Source of the DNA: Trypanosoma brucei
Taxonomy: Eukaryota
Direction: 5' to 3'
Length of the DNA: 64,000 bases
Assembly: GCA_000002445.1 (NCBI GenBank)
Contig: CP000071.1
Span: forward strand, 512,001 to 576,000
Shown here: positions 49,910-61,058 of the stretch, piece after piece
Layout: the number at the start of each line of letters is the position of its first letter
Position numbering within the stretch: position 1 is the first letter of the stretch
Program-made: the position numbers and the translations under genes
Notes under the pieces: generated by a model
The model's database searches: none
What the model was told of the DNA's origin: nothing
What the model saw: the letters and a program-made list of their open reading frames with translations, nothing else

Positions 49910-51889
49910 TCATGCTGGTCCCGCCACGGCAGTTCCCTCGAGAAGGCGGTCAATTACAACGACCTCCTCCACGTCCGGAAGCACGTGCCACTGAGCGCGA
50001 TCAGGCACCATCTGCATCACCAGCACCGCATCACGTTCCGCCACATCCACGCACCTGTAATAATTGTAGACGTTGTGCGTTACCTCGAGTCCGAGTGCCT
50101 TCACGGCCACGTCCCACCGGAGCTGCCGTCGAGCCAACAGCGAAGCCTCAAGACCACCCGGTGGGCGGGCTGATGATGTGTCTTCGCCTCCACCAACACT
50201 TGGTGTCCTATTGAGGTTACAATTATTTGCTTCGCTGTGTCGCGGGCTTGGGTACTTTGAATGCATTTGAGAGAGCTGCCGCGGCGACCGCCTTTCCACC
50301 GTGTGTTGTGTCGGGAGAGCCGGCAACCATGAGCTAGTGCGGCCATCACCCTCTGTGTGATGCTTGTTTTCATTCACACTGCCTCCGTTAAGTGTACTAC
50401 CATTTGTGCCCAGGCGGCGTCTCTGTACGGCGGCGTCACGCCGCTGTTTCAAGGCACGCATCTCATTTTGCACTAGTTGACGATACCACGCAACTTCTTC
50501 CTCAATTTGAGCTATTGGCTTATGTCGCATGTCCTCCACGTTACTGACACTTCTCGCACCCCGGCGTCCCTCGTCTGCACGTTCAAAGTCCATCCCAAAC
50601 GATACGTTGCTCCCGCCGTTACACGAAAATGCACGTGGGGGCATCGCTGCAGTTGACTCACACGTCGCCGTTGGTGTGGCAGGAAAAAATCTTGGCGGCG
50701 TGAGGCGGCCAAGGCTGGCAGTTGCACGCGCCTCGGCCTGCACTCGCTCCTGCGAGGGCGGGAGCGCCGGATGCCCCTCACGTGGTAGAGATACAAATGA
50801 AAGCTTCCCCGTATTGTCTACGACACCCAACTCCCGTTGCTGTGCCAGAAAAATATGCTCTCCAACGGAGTCCGGTGTGTCGTGCGATACGTGCTGGGAC
50901 ACCACAGCGTGAACGGCACCACTCATGATGGGACAGCGGAGTATATCATCACAACTTGGCCGCTGTTGCGGGTCAAGGGCGAGCATGCGGTCCACGAGCT
51001 CAGCAACCTCCGGCGGGTAGTGTGACGGAAGGGGCTGCCGAGCACCGGTAATCACACGCATCATAAGTGTTGTGATGTCACGTGATTCGAAGGGATGACG
51101 GAGACTCAGTAGCTCGTACAAAATGCAGCCAAGGGACCATACATCGGAACTGGGGCTGCACACACCTCTTTCTAAGTTCTCCGGCGACATGTATAGCGGT
51201 GTGCCACGCATCGCGCCGTTGAAAACTCCGAGTCCATCCTCTCCTAAACTTACGTTTCCTTCCAGTCCTGGCGAAGCTCTAGTGGTTGGTGATGAACGCA
51301 CCGTACAACCGCCGTCCTCGCTAGACTTTTGCTCTTCCTCCCAGGCATTCTGCCCACTCACTTTTCCACCACGATGTTCTCCTACTTTCCATGCTAGTTT
51401 GTCTGTTGCTGGCGTGCGCATCACCTCCGCTACTCCGAAGTCCCCAACAGCCACCTCCTGTGATTGAAGATCGAGGAATATGTTACTTGTTTTCAGGTCA
51501 CGATGCACAATGCCCTGCGCATGAAGGTATTGCATGGCGAAACACACGCTAGCGAACCATTTCATGACGCTTTCAAGGGGCAAATACTCATCTTTCTCCC
51601 GCTGTTGTGCTACGAGGCGGTCGAGGTCCCCACCGTCGTAGTAGTCCATTACTATGCAAAGGTTCTCCTTATTGAAAAGGAAAGCGTCCCGCTGGGCCAC
51701 GATGAAGGGATGGTTTAGAAGACTCATAACCTCTATCTCACGCACAGCGTCCAGCCGCTGTTGGTCCTGAAACTCAGCGAGGTTAATCCGCTTCATGACG
51801 AATACTCCATCGTCAATCGCTCTACGAACTTTGAATACAACACCGAAACTACCCACAGCCATCTTTTCTATGATATGATATTCATTCAT
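49910..51889 (-). CDS. Ser/Thr protein kinase, NEK-like, ~659 aa, with a large insert between DFG and APE.
   Basis: The ORF-track ORF starts at GTG 51973. First ATG (MNEYHIIEKMAVGSFGVV, directly before the Gly-rich loop) verified at 51889. HRDLKTSNIFLD, DFGVAE, then a ~70-aa insert, GTPLYMSPE, DVWSLGCILYELL. Ser/Pro-rich C-terminal tail. Confidence 0.85.
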   Translation of the reverse strand: MNEYHIIEKMAVGSFGVVFKVRRAIDDGVFVMKRINLAEFQDQQRLDAVREIEVMSLLNHPFIVAQRDAFLFNKENLCIVMDYYDGGDLDRLVAQQREKDEYLPLESVMKWFASVCFAMQYLHAQGIVHRDLKTSNIFLDLQSQEVAVGDFGVAEVMRTPATDKLAWKVGEHRGGKVSGQNAWEEEQKSSEDGGCTVRSSPTTRASPGLEGNVSLGEDGLGVFNGAMRGTPLYMSPENLERGVCSPSSDVWSLGCILYELLSLRHPFESRDITTLMMRVITGARQPLPSHYPPEVAELVDRMLALDPQQRPSCDDILRCPIMSGAVHAVVSQHVSHDTPDSVGEHIFLAQQRELGVVDNTGKLSFVSLPREGHPALPPSQERVQAEARATASLGRLTPPRFFPATPTATCESTAAMPPRAFSCNGGSNVSFGMDFERADEGRRGARSVSNVEDMRHKPIAQIEEEVAWYRQLVQNEMRALKQRRDAAVQRRRLGTNGSTLNGGSVNENKHHTEGDGRTSSWLPALPTQHTVERRSPRQLSQMHSKYPSPRHSEANNCNLNRTPSVGGGEDTSSARPPGGLEASLLARRQLRWDVAVKALGLEVTHNVYNYYRCVDVAERDAVLVMQMVPDRAQWHVLPDVEEVVVIDRLLEGTAVAGPA

Positions 51890-52779
51890 CACTTGGTACC
51901 TCAACCACCTGCTTTCCTTTTTATGCCTCTCTATTTCTGCGCACTCAACTTCACAACCGTGTGTCACGCTCACACTTATGACGTGAAAGCCTTAAGGCAT
52001 ACACAAAAAGCAATTTTCCTTCCACCTCTCTCTACGTCAATTTCAACCTCCTCAACCCGTTCAGCTCTCAGTCCGCTAAACCTTTCAGCCCGTTAATAAC
52101 TTGCCCACAAACGATCGCGGCTCAGCCGGGCCCTCTTCTCTTCTCTTTTCCCCTCTTGTTTTTCTGTGGCCTTATTTACGCCGACTACTTCACGGCCTCT
52201 CCCCCGTGCTTGGCGGAACAAAGAGGGGTTACGGATTTCCTGCCGCTCGCACAACTCACCGTGAGGTGTTACAGTTCCCCCACCCCCAGCTGTTATGATT
52301 TGGGAAAGAGTTGAATGGCAAAGAAAAAGATGGACAAGAGGCAGGTGAAGCACTCAATAAGGCGACTATAAGGGACAGAAGACAGGGACAGTAACAATAG
52401 ATCGGCCAAAAGGGGGGAGCTTCTCAGTTGGTGAAACGAAGGAAAGCCGCACTAAAAGCGACTTCAGTTGATGTGAGAGAAAACAAAACGAAAGGGGGTT
52501 GAAAGACGTTGGCACACGGACAAGGGCATCTGTCGTCCTCTGGGCGTAGCGTAGTGGATGAAAGCTGCCACTCAACGTCGACCAGATGTGCAGCGCAATC
52601 ATAGGAATGCGGAGTTCAGCAAACAAATATAAACGTTTTAAAAAATCCTTGTACAAATAGATTCGTTATGCTTAATATAATGAGCACAGATTGGCAAAGG
52701 TAAGCGAATATTCAAAAAAATAAAATAAGAGTTAACTCCTGTGCGCGAGCTTCACCAGGCATGGCAGCCGATCGATAAT

Positions 52780-55035
52780 CTAGACGGCGTCAAACCCAAG
52801 CCGGCGTCTCTCCCGATGGAGTGCGAGGCGATAACAATAATGAAGTTTGGCGTCATCGGCAACAGTAGCAGCACCGCGGTAGGGAAGCGGCATTGTACAC
52901 ACGTCGTGCTCGTAGGCTGCGTTGTACCACTTTTCGATCACATCTTGTCTCCCTTCATTGTTCATCTCGTGGATTACAAGACGTGGAGGCTGTTGGCCTA
53001 AGCATCCATCGCTCAAGACCTTGAAGCATTGTAGTTCCTCCCAACGCGAGAAGACCCGTGGGGGAAACATTCTTACCTCTTCTGCGCTACAACAATCCAA
53101 GTAACAGTAAATGTTGCTCTTGTCAGCATTGACGTCATAGCTAGCGCCCTTACCGCTGCTGCAGATATTCAGAGGGACGCGACCTCTTTTAGAATCGCTG
53201 CCCGCTTCGCAATTACCATCGGAACCCACAGCCACAGCAAGTGGTATCCACAATTCACTAAAGTCAGGCACAGTGTTCGTGCTGGCACCCGCTTCGCTCC
53301 ATGGCGATAGTGGCCGCTCTCCCAGTGAATGCCAACACCGGAATTTATTCCCCACCTGCTCATCACAGTCAGTAATCCGTCCCACCGGTGGCAGCCCCTT
53401 CAGGGGGTGTGAAATCCCACGTGATACCGAGCTGGCCGCAAGCTCAGAGCACAGCTGAGCAGCGGACGTCCCCACGAACAGCCACAAACCTGGGAAGTAG
53501 CGGTGACGAAGGGGGCGTTTTTTACCGCCGTTAGGGAAAGTCCCATCACAAAACGATTGGTTGTCCTTAAGCTCCCTCAGCTCGTTCATTACAGAGGTTG
53601 TTCTCCCTCTGAGGTTTTCGGCTGCAATGTTACGAAGTGTGAGTGTGCGACGCAGTTGCTTTCCGTCAGGAAGCTTGAGCTCCGCATTCTGCGATATGGC
53701 TGGCACTACCCACTGCTCGGATGCCCGCCTCAACGCACCACCACGCTTTGCGTGCCTGCGACGCCGATAATTTCGTCTGTCATGTGAGAAGGCTGGATCA
53801 CAATCGCGGTCATGCGTGGTGTAGGGCACAACTATGCGTTGGAGCTCCTTTCCCCCGGTCCCCACATCTTTCACTCCAAAAAGCACCTCGACTTCATTTC
53901 CCACCCTCAAAGGAGGCTGCTGTGGAAACTGCGGATCCGCGACTCCCGTCCTTTGACAATTCGACCCACCGTGCAAGGCAACTTCCTTGATGTGGCACTG
54001 TAGAGACGTCACAGTCGATCCTAACCGAGTTGCTTCTATCACACTCTCGAGTAGCAGACACCGCCGCATCGAAGATTGAAGTCGTGACCGCCCATTACCA
54101 CTACTCAGCAGGCTAGTGTGTGGGATAATGGGCCCATCAAGAATAGCGGCAGCCTCATCAGCGGAATGTGGAGCGGACCACTGCGGCTTCACCAATTGAA
54201 TGGCTGAAGGTAGGGTCGGTTCGTCGACAAGAAGCTCTGCAGCGGGGGGCAAAGTGACCGCCCGAGACGCACAATGAAATACGGAGAGGGCGTCATGCCA
54301 AGTTGTTCTAATGGTACTACCCGCAAGCGCCCGCTGAAGCAGCTTTGAACGGCTACCACAGGCACCAGGGGCACAGCACCGTGGTGTGAGCATCAATAGA
54401 AACTCCCCATGCTTGATGAACAGCCACTGAATCACGGTGGTCACCTGCAGTGGTCGCAATAGTGGTGGAGGCTCCACCTCTTCAGAAAAGGAGCCGGCTC
54501 CTGGACAAGAGTGCTCTCCCTCTCTGTGTGTCGTTGCATTGACGACTGTACTGCATGCTGGCAAGAGCGGGAGGCGAGACGGCTCCATGGCCGCCACTTC
54601 ATAGTTGTGTAACATTTCCCTGGCATGTGGCAGAGACCTCAATGGTCTGTGCCTTTGTTCGCTGCTGCTAATACCGCTGGCGGTATATGACCTAAGGACG
54701 GCATCGCCTTCGTGTCTCAGTTTGCAAAGCAGCGCCAGTGATACATCACTGCCGTGTCTGTCGGTTTGGTGAACAAACTTCAACGGCATAGCGTTATTGC
54801 TGCCGTTTCTCTCGCGGTGGAGGGTCGGAAGTTGCTCCTCTTGTAGGTGAAAGCCAGTATTAGAAAAGGAGAGAGGTTGACCATATGGGTGAAGGGTTGT
54901 ATACATTTTTTTCTTCGGCAAAATCACGCTCGTACGAATATCTCCTACATTCTTCCCGACCGGCACAATGGATGCATAATGAGAAGCAGCGACGCCCCTC
55001 CAGGCAGGGAACGAGGGGAAAAGAAAAGGTAGCAT
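52780..55035 (-). CDS. Hypothetical protein, 751 aa.
   Basis: ATG verified at 55035. Long uninterrupted ORF on the coding strand of this unit. No domain I can name with confidence. Confidence 0.55.
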   Translation of the reverse strand: MLPFLFPSFPAWRGVAASHYASIVPVGKNVGDIRTSVILPKKKMYTTLHPYGQPLSFSNTGFHLQEEQLPTLHRERNGSNNAMPLKFVHQTDRHGSDVSLALLCKLRHEGDAVLRSYTASGISSSEQRHRPLRSLPHAREMLHNYEVAAMEPSRLPLLPACSTVVNATTHREGEHSCPGAGSFSEEVEPPPLLRPLQVTTVIQWLFIKHGEFLLMLTPRCCAPGACGSRSKLLQRALAGSTIRTTWHDALSVFHCASRAVTLPPAAELLVDEPTLPSAIQLVKPQWSAPHSADEAAAILDGPIIPHTSLLSSGNGRSRLQSSMRRCLLLESVIEATRLGSTVTSLQCHIKEVALHGGSNCQRTGVADPQFPQQPPLRVGNEVEVLFGVKDVGTGGKELQRIVVPYTTHDRDCDPAFSHDRRNYRRRRHAKRGGALRRASEQWVVPAISQNAELKLPDGKQLRRTLTLRNIAAENLRGRTTSVMNELRELKDNQSFCDGTFPNGGKKRPLRHRYFPGLWLFVGTSAAQLCSELAASSVSRGISHPLKGLPPVGRITDCDEQVGNKFRCWHSLGERPLSPWSEAGASTNTVPDFSELWIPLAVAVGSDGNCEAGSDSKRGRVPLNICSSGKGASYDVNADKSNIYCYLDCCSAEEVRMFPPRVFSRWEELQCFKVLSDGCLGQQPPRLVIHEMNNEGRQDVIEKWYNAAYEHDVCTMPLPYRGAATVADDAKLHYCYRLALHRERRRLGFDAV

Positions 55036-55706
55036 TACACCTCGGAACGGGAGTAATCAACGCGCCCACTACCGCACGCAACAGTGAGAAAGGAGTGAAC
55101 CACTAAAAGGTTGGCGGTGGCATTGAGTCATCGTCACTGCCTTAGCAAACTACAAAGATAAAACAAAAAAAAACCCAAGAGGAGGGAGGGATGCCAGCGC
55201 GATCACGACTGGATAACCAAAGACCAGATACCACGGTTCAACTGGCACAACGCCCCCAAGAAGTTTTCACGCTCCTAAGCGACTCCCGTAGGATACTCCA
55301 TATACAAACATTGGCAAGGAAGAGTGGAGTAGTGTGAAAAAACGACAAAATTACAAAGATGAAGAGTCTTTCCTTTCCGTAAGCCTCACTGGTAATATAT
55401 TCAACGTCCCATCTTTACCCCTGCCGCCTTCTCTTTCCCGCCTCCAATGGTAGTGCGCCCCATAATATGCACATGGACGCGAGTAGGAACGTGCTGTGTA
55501 GAGTCAAGCCATAAATAAAAGGGGTCTACAAACCACAGAACTGTAACAACATCAGGTATAATGGTGGCGTTGAGAACGCGCACTACCGCTCTCTTCACAT
55601 TTGATCTCACCAACAATAAGGAACCCCTCTACCCCATCCGCCTATTCAGTCATTCCCCCATTCTTTGCATTTTTCCTGATTCCTCCAGCGCGATCCCAAC
55701 CCTGTG

Positions 55707-56921
55707 CTACTGTTGCTCAGGCCATGGGAGGTGCTCACCAAAGAGGAGGTGCTGTACAACGTTGAACTTCAATAACACTTCCGCGGCATACATTTTAACC
55801 ATACCTGTGTACGTTTTCTTCCATGAATCCACCCCGCTGATATTATAGAGCATACTGCTGTGCTCAAAGAAGGGGCCAGATTTATTCTCAATCACCCACA
55901 ACACCTGGGCAAAGTACAAATATTCCTCTGCGTGTCTTCTCACGATGTCTGCTTCGCAGACGTGCTTCGGTAATATCAACTCGTGATTCGCGTTGCCGTT
56001 GCTATTTTCACTACCATTTTCAGCATTGTTGTTGGCATTTGTCGTAGTCTCTGGGGTTGCAGTTGGCACCTCCTTATTTATAAGCTGCGAAGCACCAAAT
56101 ACAAAAGGCAGATGGTGATAGTCGTCCAACCCCCACACGCCATGAGAACCCGCTGGCTCCAGCTTGTAGTGATGTTGGAGGTGGCGCATGAAGGAAAGAT
56201 ACGCACTGAAGACGTCGAAGACCATTGCGCGGCGTAGCTGTAGCAGTGCATCCCTTTGCTCCACAGGAGGTGGTGGTGGTCGCTGAACTTTGTGAGGAAC
56301 AACCACAGGTACGTCGGATTGCAACGGTGCGCCATTGTCTCCGCACTCCTGCATGCAGATAAGCATGACAATGAAGAAATGTAGTTCATGCCCCGTGCCG
56401 TAGTCAATGCGCACACTGTTACCGAATGCATCCTTCATGTATTCAGCAAGCTCCAACACCAAAGGATCATCTCCATTTTCATTCGCTCTCGCTTCTTTCA
56501 AAACCTCACCTGCACTAATGTCTCGATTTTGTCGTTCAGTTGTATCTCCCAATCCGCGATTGAGCGTAGCAACCAACCCCCGCATCAAGTCAAAAATATT
56601 CTCCTCGAGCCGGCTATGAAACACCCGGAAAGACCTATTACCAAACCGCTGCTGCTTCATATCTTCCAGCGGTATGCTTGCCACGATAGAACGGAGGTGT
56701 GGGAAGAAGACATCCGTGAAGAAGACAATTGTTGGATGTTTCTCTTCGCGGCGCTGCTGAAGCCAGGCACTTCGAGACATCTCCTCGACCGCCTCCGCGC
56801 AGCATTGCACGTAAGACACAATCTTGGCAAACGACGGCGACGAGTGAAACGTTTCGACGAGTTGCGGCTTCTCAAGGATGTATTTCCGCGGTACATGAGG
56901 ATTACCAGCTACCTGCGACAT
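55707..56921 (-). CDS. PTPA: Serine/threonine-protein phosphatase 2A activator (PTPA / phosphotyrosyl phosphatase activator), ~404 aa.
   Basis: PTPA signature GSHGVWGLDDYHHLPFVFGASQL (cf. GVWGLDD[FY]QFLPF[IL]FGSxQL), plus GPFFEHSSMLYNISGV and MVKMYAAEVLLKFNVVQHLLFG. The ORF-track start 56951 is a TTG; first ATG verified at 56921 (MSQVAGNPHVPRKY...). Confidence 0.88.
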   Translation of the reverse strand: MSQVAGNPHVPRKYILEKPQLVETFHSSPSFAKIVSYVQCCAEAVEEMSRSAWLQQRREEKHPTIVFFTDVFFPHLRSIVASIPLEDMKQQRFGNRSFRVFHSRLEENIFDLMRGLVATLNRGLGDTTERQNRDISAGEVLKEARANENGDDPLVLELAEYMKDAFGNSVRIDYGTGHELHFFIVMLICMQECGDNGAPLQSDVPVVVPHKVQRPPPPPVEQRDALLQLRRAMVFDVFSAYLSFMRHLQHHYKLEPAGSHGVWGLDDYHHLPFVFGASQLINKEVPTATPETTTNANNNAENGSENSNGNANHELILPKHVCEADIVRRHAEEYLYFAQVLWVIENKSGPFFEHSSMLYNISGVDSWKKTYTGMVKMYAAEVLLKFNVVQHLLFGEHLPWPEQQ

Positions 56922-58367
56922 TTGTAGTGGTTGCACTAACGATGCCAGCAACGGGAGTTGTAGGAAAGTGGCAGAAATGATGAGTGTCGATGGAGAGTGT
57001 CGCTACACACGTCAGTGGTAACACACAGCGAGAAGTTGTAGAGCGTCTCACCTCTGTAAAACCAACACTTTCCCCCCCGCCGTAGGTATAAGGCTGTGGA
57101 AAATAGTAAACGAATGTATAAATGTGTGTACGCGCGTTGCGAGGAGTGTTGAAACTACACGGTCACGACCACTATTACCCCTCCGTTTAGCTGTGCTATA
57201 TTTGACTGGCGCTGCTTGCGTAGCCCCCGTGAGAACGGAATGAGAAAATAAGCTCGCGGCAACCGATCAATCGGCCAAAGAGAATGGAAGGGTAGGTGGC
57301 TGCACACAATGATAGTAAATGCTAACTAATGTAATTCCTTCAAAGCACGCCAGGGAGCCAGAAAATGTGAAATTGGAAGTAAGGTAGTCAAATCAACAAA
57401 TATTGAGTATGCAGGGGTACAAATAACAAAGAATTGTGAAAGAAGGGAAGCAATCCTAAGCGCATGCAGGGTTGGTAAATGTCGTCGCATCCATACACTG
57501 CGCGACCCGCAAAGCCCTGACGTATCTCAAGGTTTGGGCCCTAACAAAGGACAAACCAACTCGCATATGCTACGCGAATGCGTGGGCGTATTTGGACTAT
57601 GGCGATTCAAAGAAAACTAGGAGTTTTGAAATTAAGCTTACTCACCTCCCCCCCCTATTTGAACGCTGCAACGCCAACATGACGAACAAACACAGACACA
57701 CACACACAAAAAAAAGAGGGAGTCTTACCCGCTACGCTATCCCTCTCTACGTTTATACACCCTGCACGGCTGTGCATATGAATACGTACATGCACACATT
57801 TAATATATTTGAATAAACACACAACGATAAAAAAACGCACCACCACATAGGACCACAATGGCAGATCTGCGGGACGCAGGCGAAAATGTCAGCGAGGCTA
57901 ACAACGATGACAATAACGATAGTGAGGTACAGACAAAGTAAAACAAAGCTCGTGGTAAAGGGAACAATGTGGAATGGGAAACAGGGTAACATATCAAACA
58001 TCCGCGGAAATGTGTTCCCATACCATTCATTTAGAGTAACGGAGATTCCCCGCGCTTGCAAGCGATAAGTGCCAGTCTCCATAAACATGGGAATGGACCC
58101 TCTCCTGCACCTCGTTTCTTTTCTTCGCTCTCACCCCTTTGCTTACCTTAAATCAATTCGCCTTCACCGTTCTGCGCTTTCGCGGCCCCATGATGTCTTC
58201 TTTGGTGAAGCCCCCATCCACTGGAAAAAAAAAGCGCCAAGAATTCTCAACGGAACGAAAATGAAAACTTAAAAAAAAAGAATAGAGATTACAAGAGCAT
58301 CTGTGAAGTAAAGCAGTGTGTGTGTATGTGGGGGTGGATGGGGAGAAAAAGTCTGCTGTAACAAGTG

Positions 58368-60215
58368 CTACAAAAGGTCCTGCCCCATTTGTGCCATAAG
58401 CGAAACCAGAGGCTGAAAACGACCCTCGCCGTTACCGACAAATCGCTCATCCGACACAGATGTCGACTCTTGAAGAAGAGAAATGAGATCCTGCCGCAGA
58501 GCGCCTCGAAGCCCCTCGTTTGTTGTGTACAAAAACACCTCCACCTCCACATCTCTGTGGACGGAGCGGGACCCGTAATTTGTGCTGCCGTAAGACACCA
58601 AATATGGCTCTCCTACATGATCCCACGTTTCTTCGCAGTTAACGACATCATTATTGTTTGCGCCACCAGCGCAAGCGCTGCTAATTCCCACTCTTCCCAC
58701 CGGGGCACCACCTTGTTTCTGATCCTTCATGAACCAAAGTCCTTTCGCGTGGTATGTCTTTCCCTCCGCACTGAACTCGTGCAAGCGGATACGGTGTGCA
58801 CACTTGTATTCCTTCATTAAGTAACGGAAGGCTCGCTGCAACTGCAGGTAGAAGTAAGGTATGTACCGAGCGAAGCCTTTCGAACCGTACCATCCATTTG
58901 TACTGACGCTAGCAGTTATGAAATCGTAGGGGCTACTGCTGGCAAGTAACTCATCGACAAAGTGTCCATACATATTAAGATAAGGTGAGGCCAAGTAGAT
59001 GTGCGTCGACCGTGGTGCCATCCTCAGTAACATTTGCACGATGAAGGAATCGTGAAAAATGTTGGCGCGTGCACACTGCATGGTCGGGAAGAGAAGAGTA
59101 TCGTAGTGTCCCGTCGCTTCATCTTCCATCTCTGGGTGCTGCTCCACTTGCCACGCTTCCGCTGCTACAGCCCCGGAACTATGTGCGAAGTCCCGCAACC
59201 TCCTCTCAGCTACTTCACAGAATTCGTACCACTGCGTCGATGGATCCACGCCTGCCATATTAGGAAAGATGGTAAGGTTACTCCCCGCATGCACCACGAA
59301 CTCCCCACTACTCGAATTCGCATTCTGTCCCCATTTCTTCGTATCACCACAACCCGCAACGGTCGCAGAACCCGCATTCGTGTTACACTCCTTGTGGATT
59401 CCAACTGGATACGATAAAGCACAAAGAGCGTCAACGAGACCACTGAACCACGCAGCGACGTGAGGGTTGTCGTGCACAGCCAAATAGCGGTCAACACGGG
59501 TGTCGAAATAGTCGTCGGAAAGGTTCGCCCCGGTGAGAATCGTCTGGCAGTTGTCGAAGCAGAATATTTTGGTGTGTTGTACCCCAAGCGCCTCACGAGC
59601 CCTGCCGAATGGGGCCACGAGCCAATTCCAGCGACACGGCGATTGGAACAGAAAGAGTCGCACGTTCACAGCAGAGTCGGCACCAGGGGACGCCGCCTCA
59701 GATTGGAGGTTTAGCAGTTCTGCTACAGTCTTTAGGTTTTGCCGAACGTGCATCCGATTGTAGTCCAGAAGAATGCACACATCGAGTGCCTTTTTGTCGC
59801 TACGAGCCTTCGACACCCGGTTTCTCAGCGCAGTGACAAGCTGTCGGGCGAGCGGACCATCGCCAATATACAGCGCAGACAAAACAATACGATGTTGGGC
59901 TGCACTGATTTGTCGCAGCAGCTCACTAAAGAATTGCTTCGGGCCGGCCAACACCCGCAGATCTTTACCACGCGCAGGAAGTGTGCAGCACGTTTCTCCA
60001 AGGAAACGCAACATCTCTGCCTGCGGACCATCAGTAACAACACTGCTGGCGCCCCTCGTTCTTCCCCCCACAGTGACCTTGTTGTCAAGCGCGTGGAAAA
60101 GAGTGCCATTAGAATGGCAAGTAGAAGTCTGCACAGAACCACTCAGGCTGAAGAGACGAAAGGCCAGAAGCAGCGACGTACCAAACACGAGTGCGTAAGC
60201 GAGAAGAAAGAGCAT
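58368..60215 (-). CDS. PGS1: CDP-diacylglycerol--glycerol-3-phosphate 3-phosphatidyltransferase (phosphatidylglycerophosphate synthase, PLD-superfamily PGS1 type), ~615 aa.
   Basis: Two HKD motifs: QHTKIFCFDNCQTILTGANLSDDYF, and TYHAKGLWF...GSTNYGSRS. N-terminal hydrophobic anchor MLFLLAYALVFGTSLLLAF. The ORF-track start 60236 is TTG; first ATG verified at 60215. Confidence 0.85.
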   Translation of the reverse strand: MLFLLAYALVFGTSLLLAFRLFSLSGSVQTSTCHSNGTLFHALDNKVTVGGRTRGASSVVTDGPQAEMLRFLGETCCTLPARGKDLRVLAGPKQFFSELLRQISAAQHRIVLSALYIGDGPLARQLVTALRNRVSKARSDKKALDVCILLDYNRMHVRQNLKTVAELLNLQSEAASPGADSAVNVRLFLFQSPCRWNWLVAPFGRAREALGVQHTKIFCFDNCQTILTGANLSDDYFDTRVDRYLAVHDNPHVAAWFSGLVDALCALSYPVGIHKECNTNAGSATVAGCGDTKKWGQNANSSSGEFVVHAGSNLTIFPNMAGVDPSTQWYEFCEVAERRLRDFAHSSGAVAAEAWQVEQHPEMEDEATGHYDTLLFPTMQCARANIFHDSFIVQMLLRMAPRSTHIYLASPYLNMYGHFVDELLASSSPYDFITASVSTNGWYGSKGFARYIPYFYLQLQRAFRYLMKEYKCAHRIRLHEFSAEGKTYHAKGLWFMKDQKQGGAPVGRVGISSACAGGANNNDVVNCEETWDHVGEPYLVSYGSTNYGSRSVHRDVEVEVFLYTTNEGLRGALRQDLISLLQESTSVSDERFVGNGEGRFQPLVSLMAQMGQDLL

Positions 60216-60605
60216 TGTTTGTTCCCTTTTCACCAAGGTCGCGACACACTACTGTCAAACGCACTCCAACAGATGGCCTTCCCCCGGTTGACAACTTCTT
60301 TGCAGACGAGAGTTCAGCGGTGGAGAACCGTAAGATACTAAGAGAAGAAACTGCACGTTAAATGGGAGAGGGGACAGAGGGAACACAAAATAAAGACAGT
60401 TTCCAACGGCACGACAGCAGGAGGAAGAACACTATCCGAAACAAATCCGTTGTCTCGTTAGTTTACCCGGTCTGGTCGTCCACCTATCAATACGACAATC
60501 CTTTAGCACATCCCCATGCGCCAGTTCAGCAACTCATACTCGTGCACGGTCCAGAACTTCACCGCCACCCTCGCTGGTCCTTGTCCCTGCTGTTGCCGTT
60601 CTTCT

Positions 60606-61058
60606 TCACGAGTCGCTGACATCCGAGTCTACCACGCAGGCAGCGCCCTGCAGGCCATTTTCCAGCAACAGCGGGAGTAGCGCCTCATACACCTTTTCGT
60701 CGCAGACAAATCCCTCGGCGTAACCAAATCGCACCTCCACTGCACATCGTGTTGGTTCTGGTGCTGGGGTTTGCGTTGTGCCTGTGCTTTTCGTCCATGG
60801 CACTCTGGCAACAACCGTGCGCCCACTTGGGGATGTGGGCCTAATCGAAGCCACAGCACTCCCCGCATCGATACACGGGAAAAGGCTTCGACAGTCGTTT
60901 ATTTGCATGGCGAGTTCATCAGCAGCTGTCATTACCACATTACAGGACGACGAGCGCGAGGAAGACAAGCGATGCTCTGCCGGTTCCATGTCATAAGACA
61001 ACTTACCTTTGGTGTCCCGCTTCATGGGCGTTACGCAGTCGGACGCGCATACACACAT
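60606..61058 (-). CDS. Possible small hypothetical protein, 150 aa.
   Basis: ATG verified at 61058; the start lies in a (CA)n-like stretch. Correct strand for this unit, but short and without recognisable domains. The alternative start MKRDTKGKL is 11 codons in. Confidence 0.3.
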   Translation of the reverse strand: MCVCASDCVTPMKRDTKGKLSYDMEPAEHRLSSSRSSSCNVVMTAADELAMQINDCRSLFPCIDAGSAVASIRPTSPSGRTVVARVPWTKSTGTTQTPAPEPTRCAVEVRFGYAEGFVCDEKVYEALLPLLLENGLQGAACVVDSDVSDS

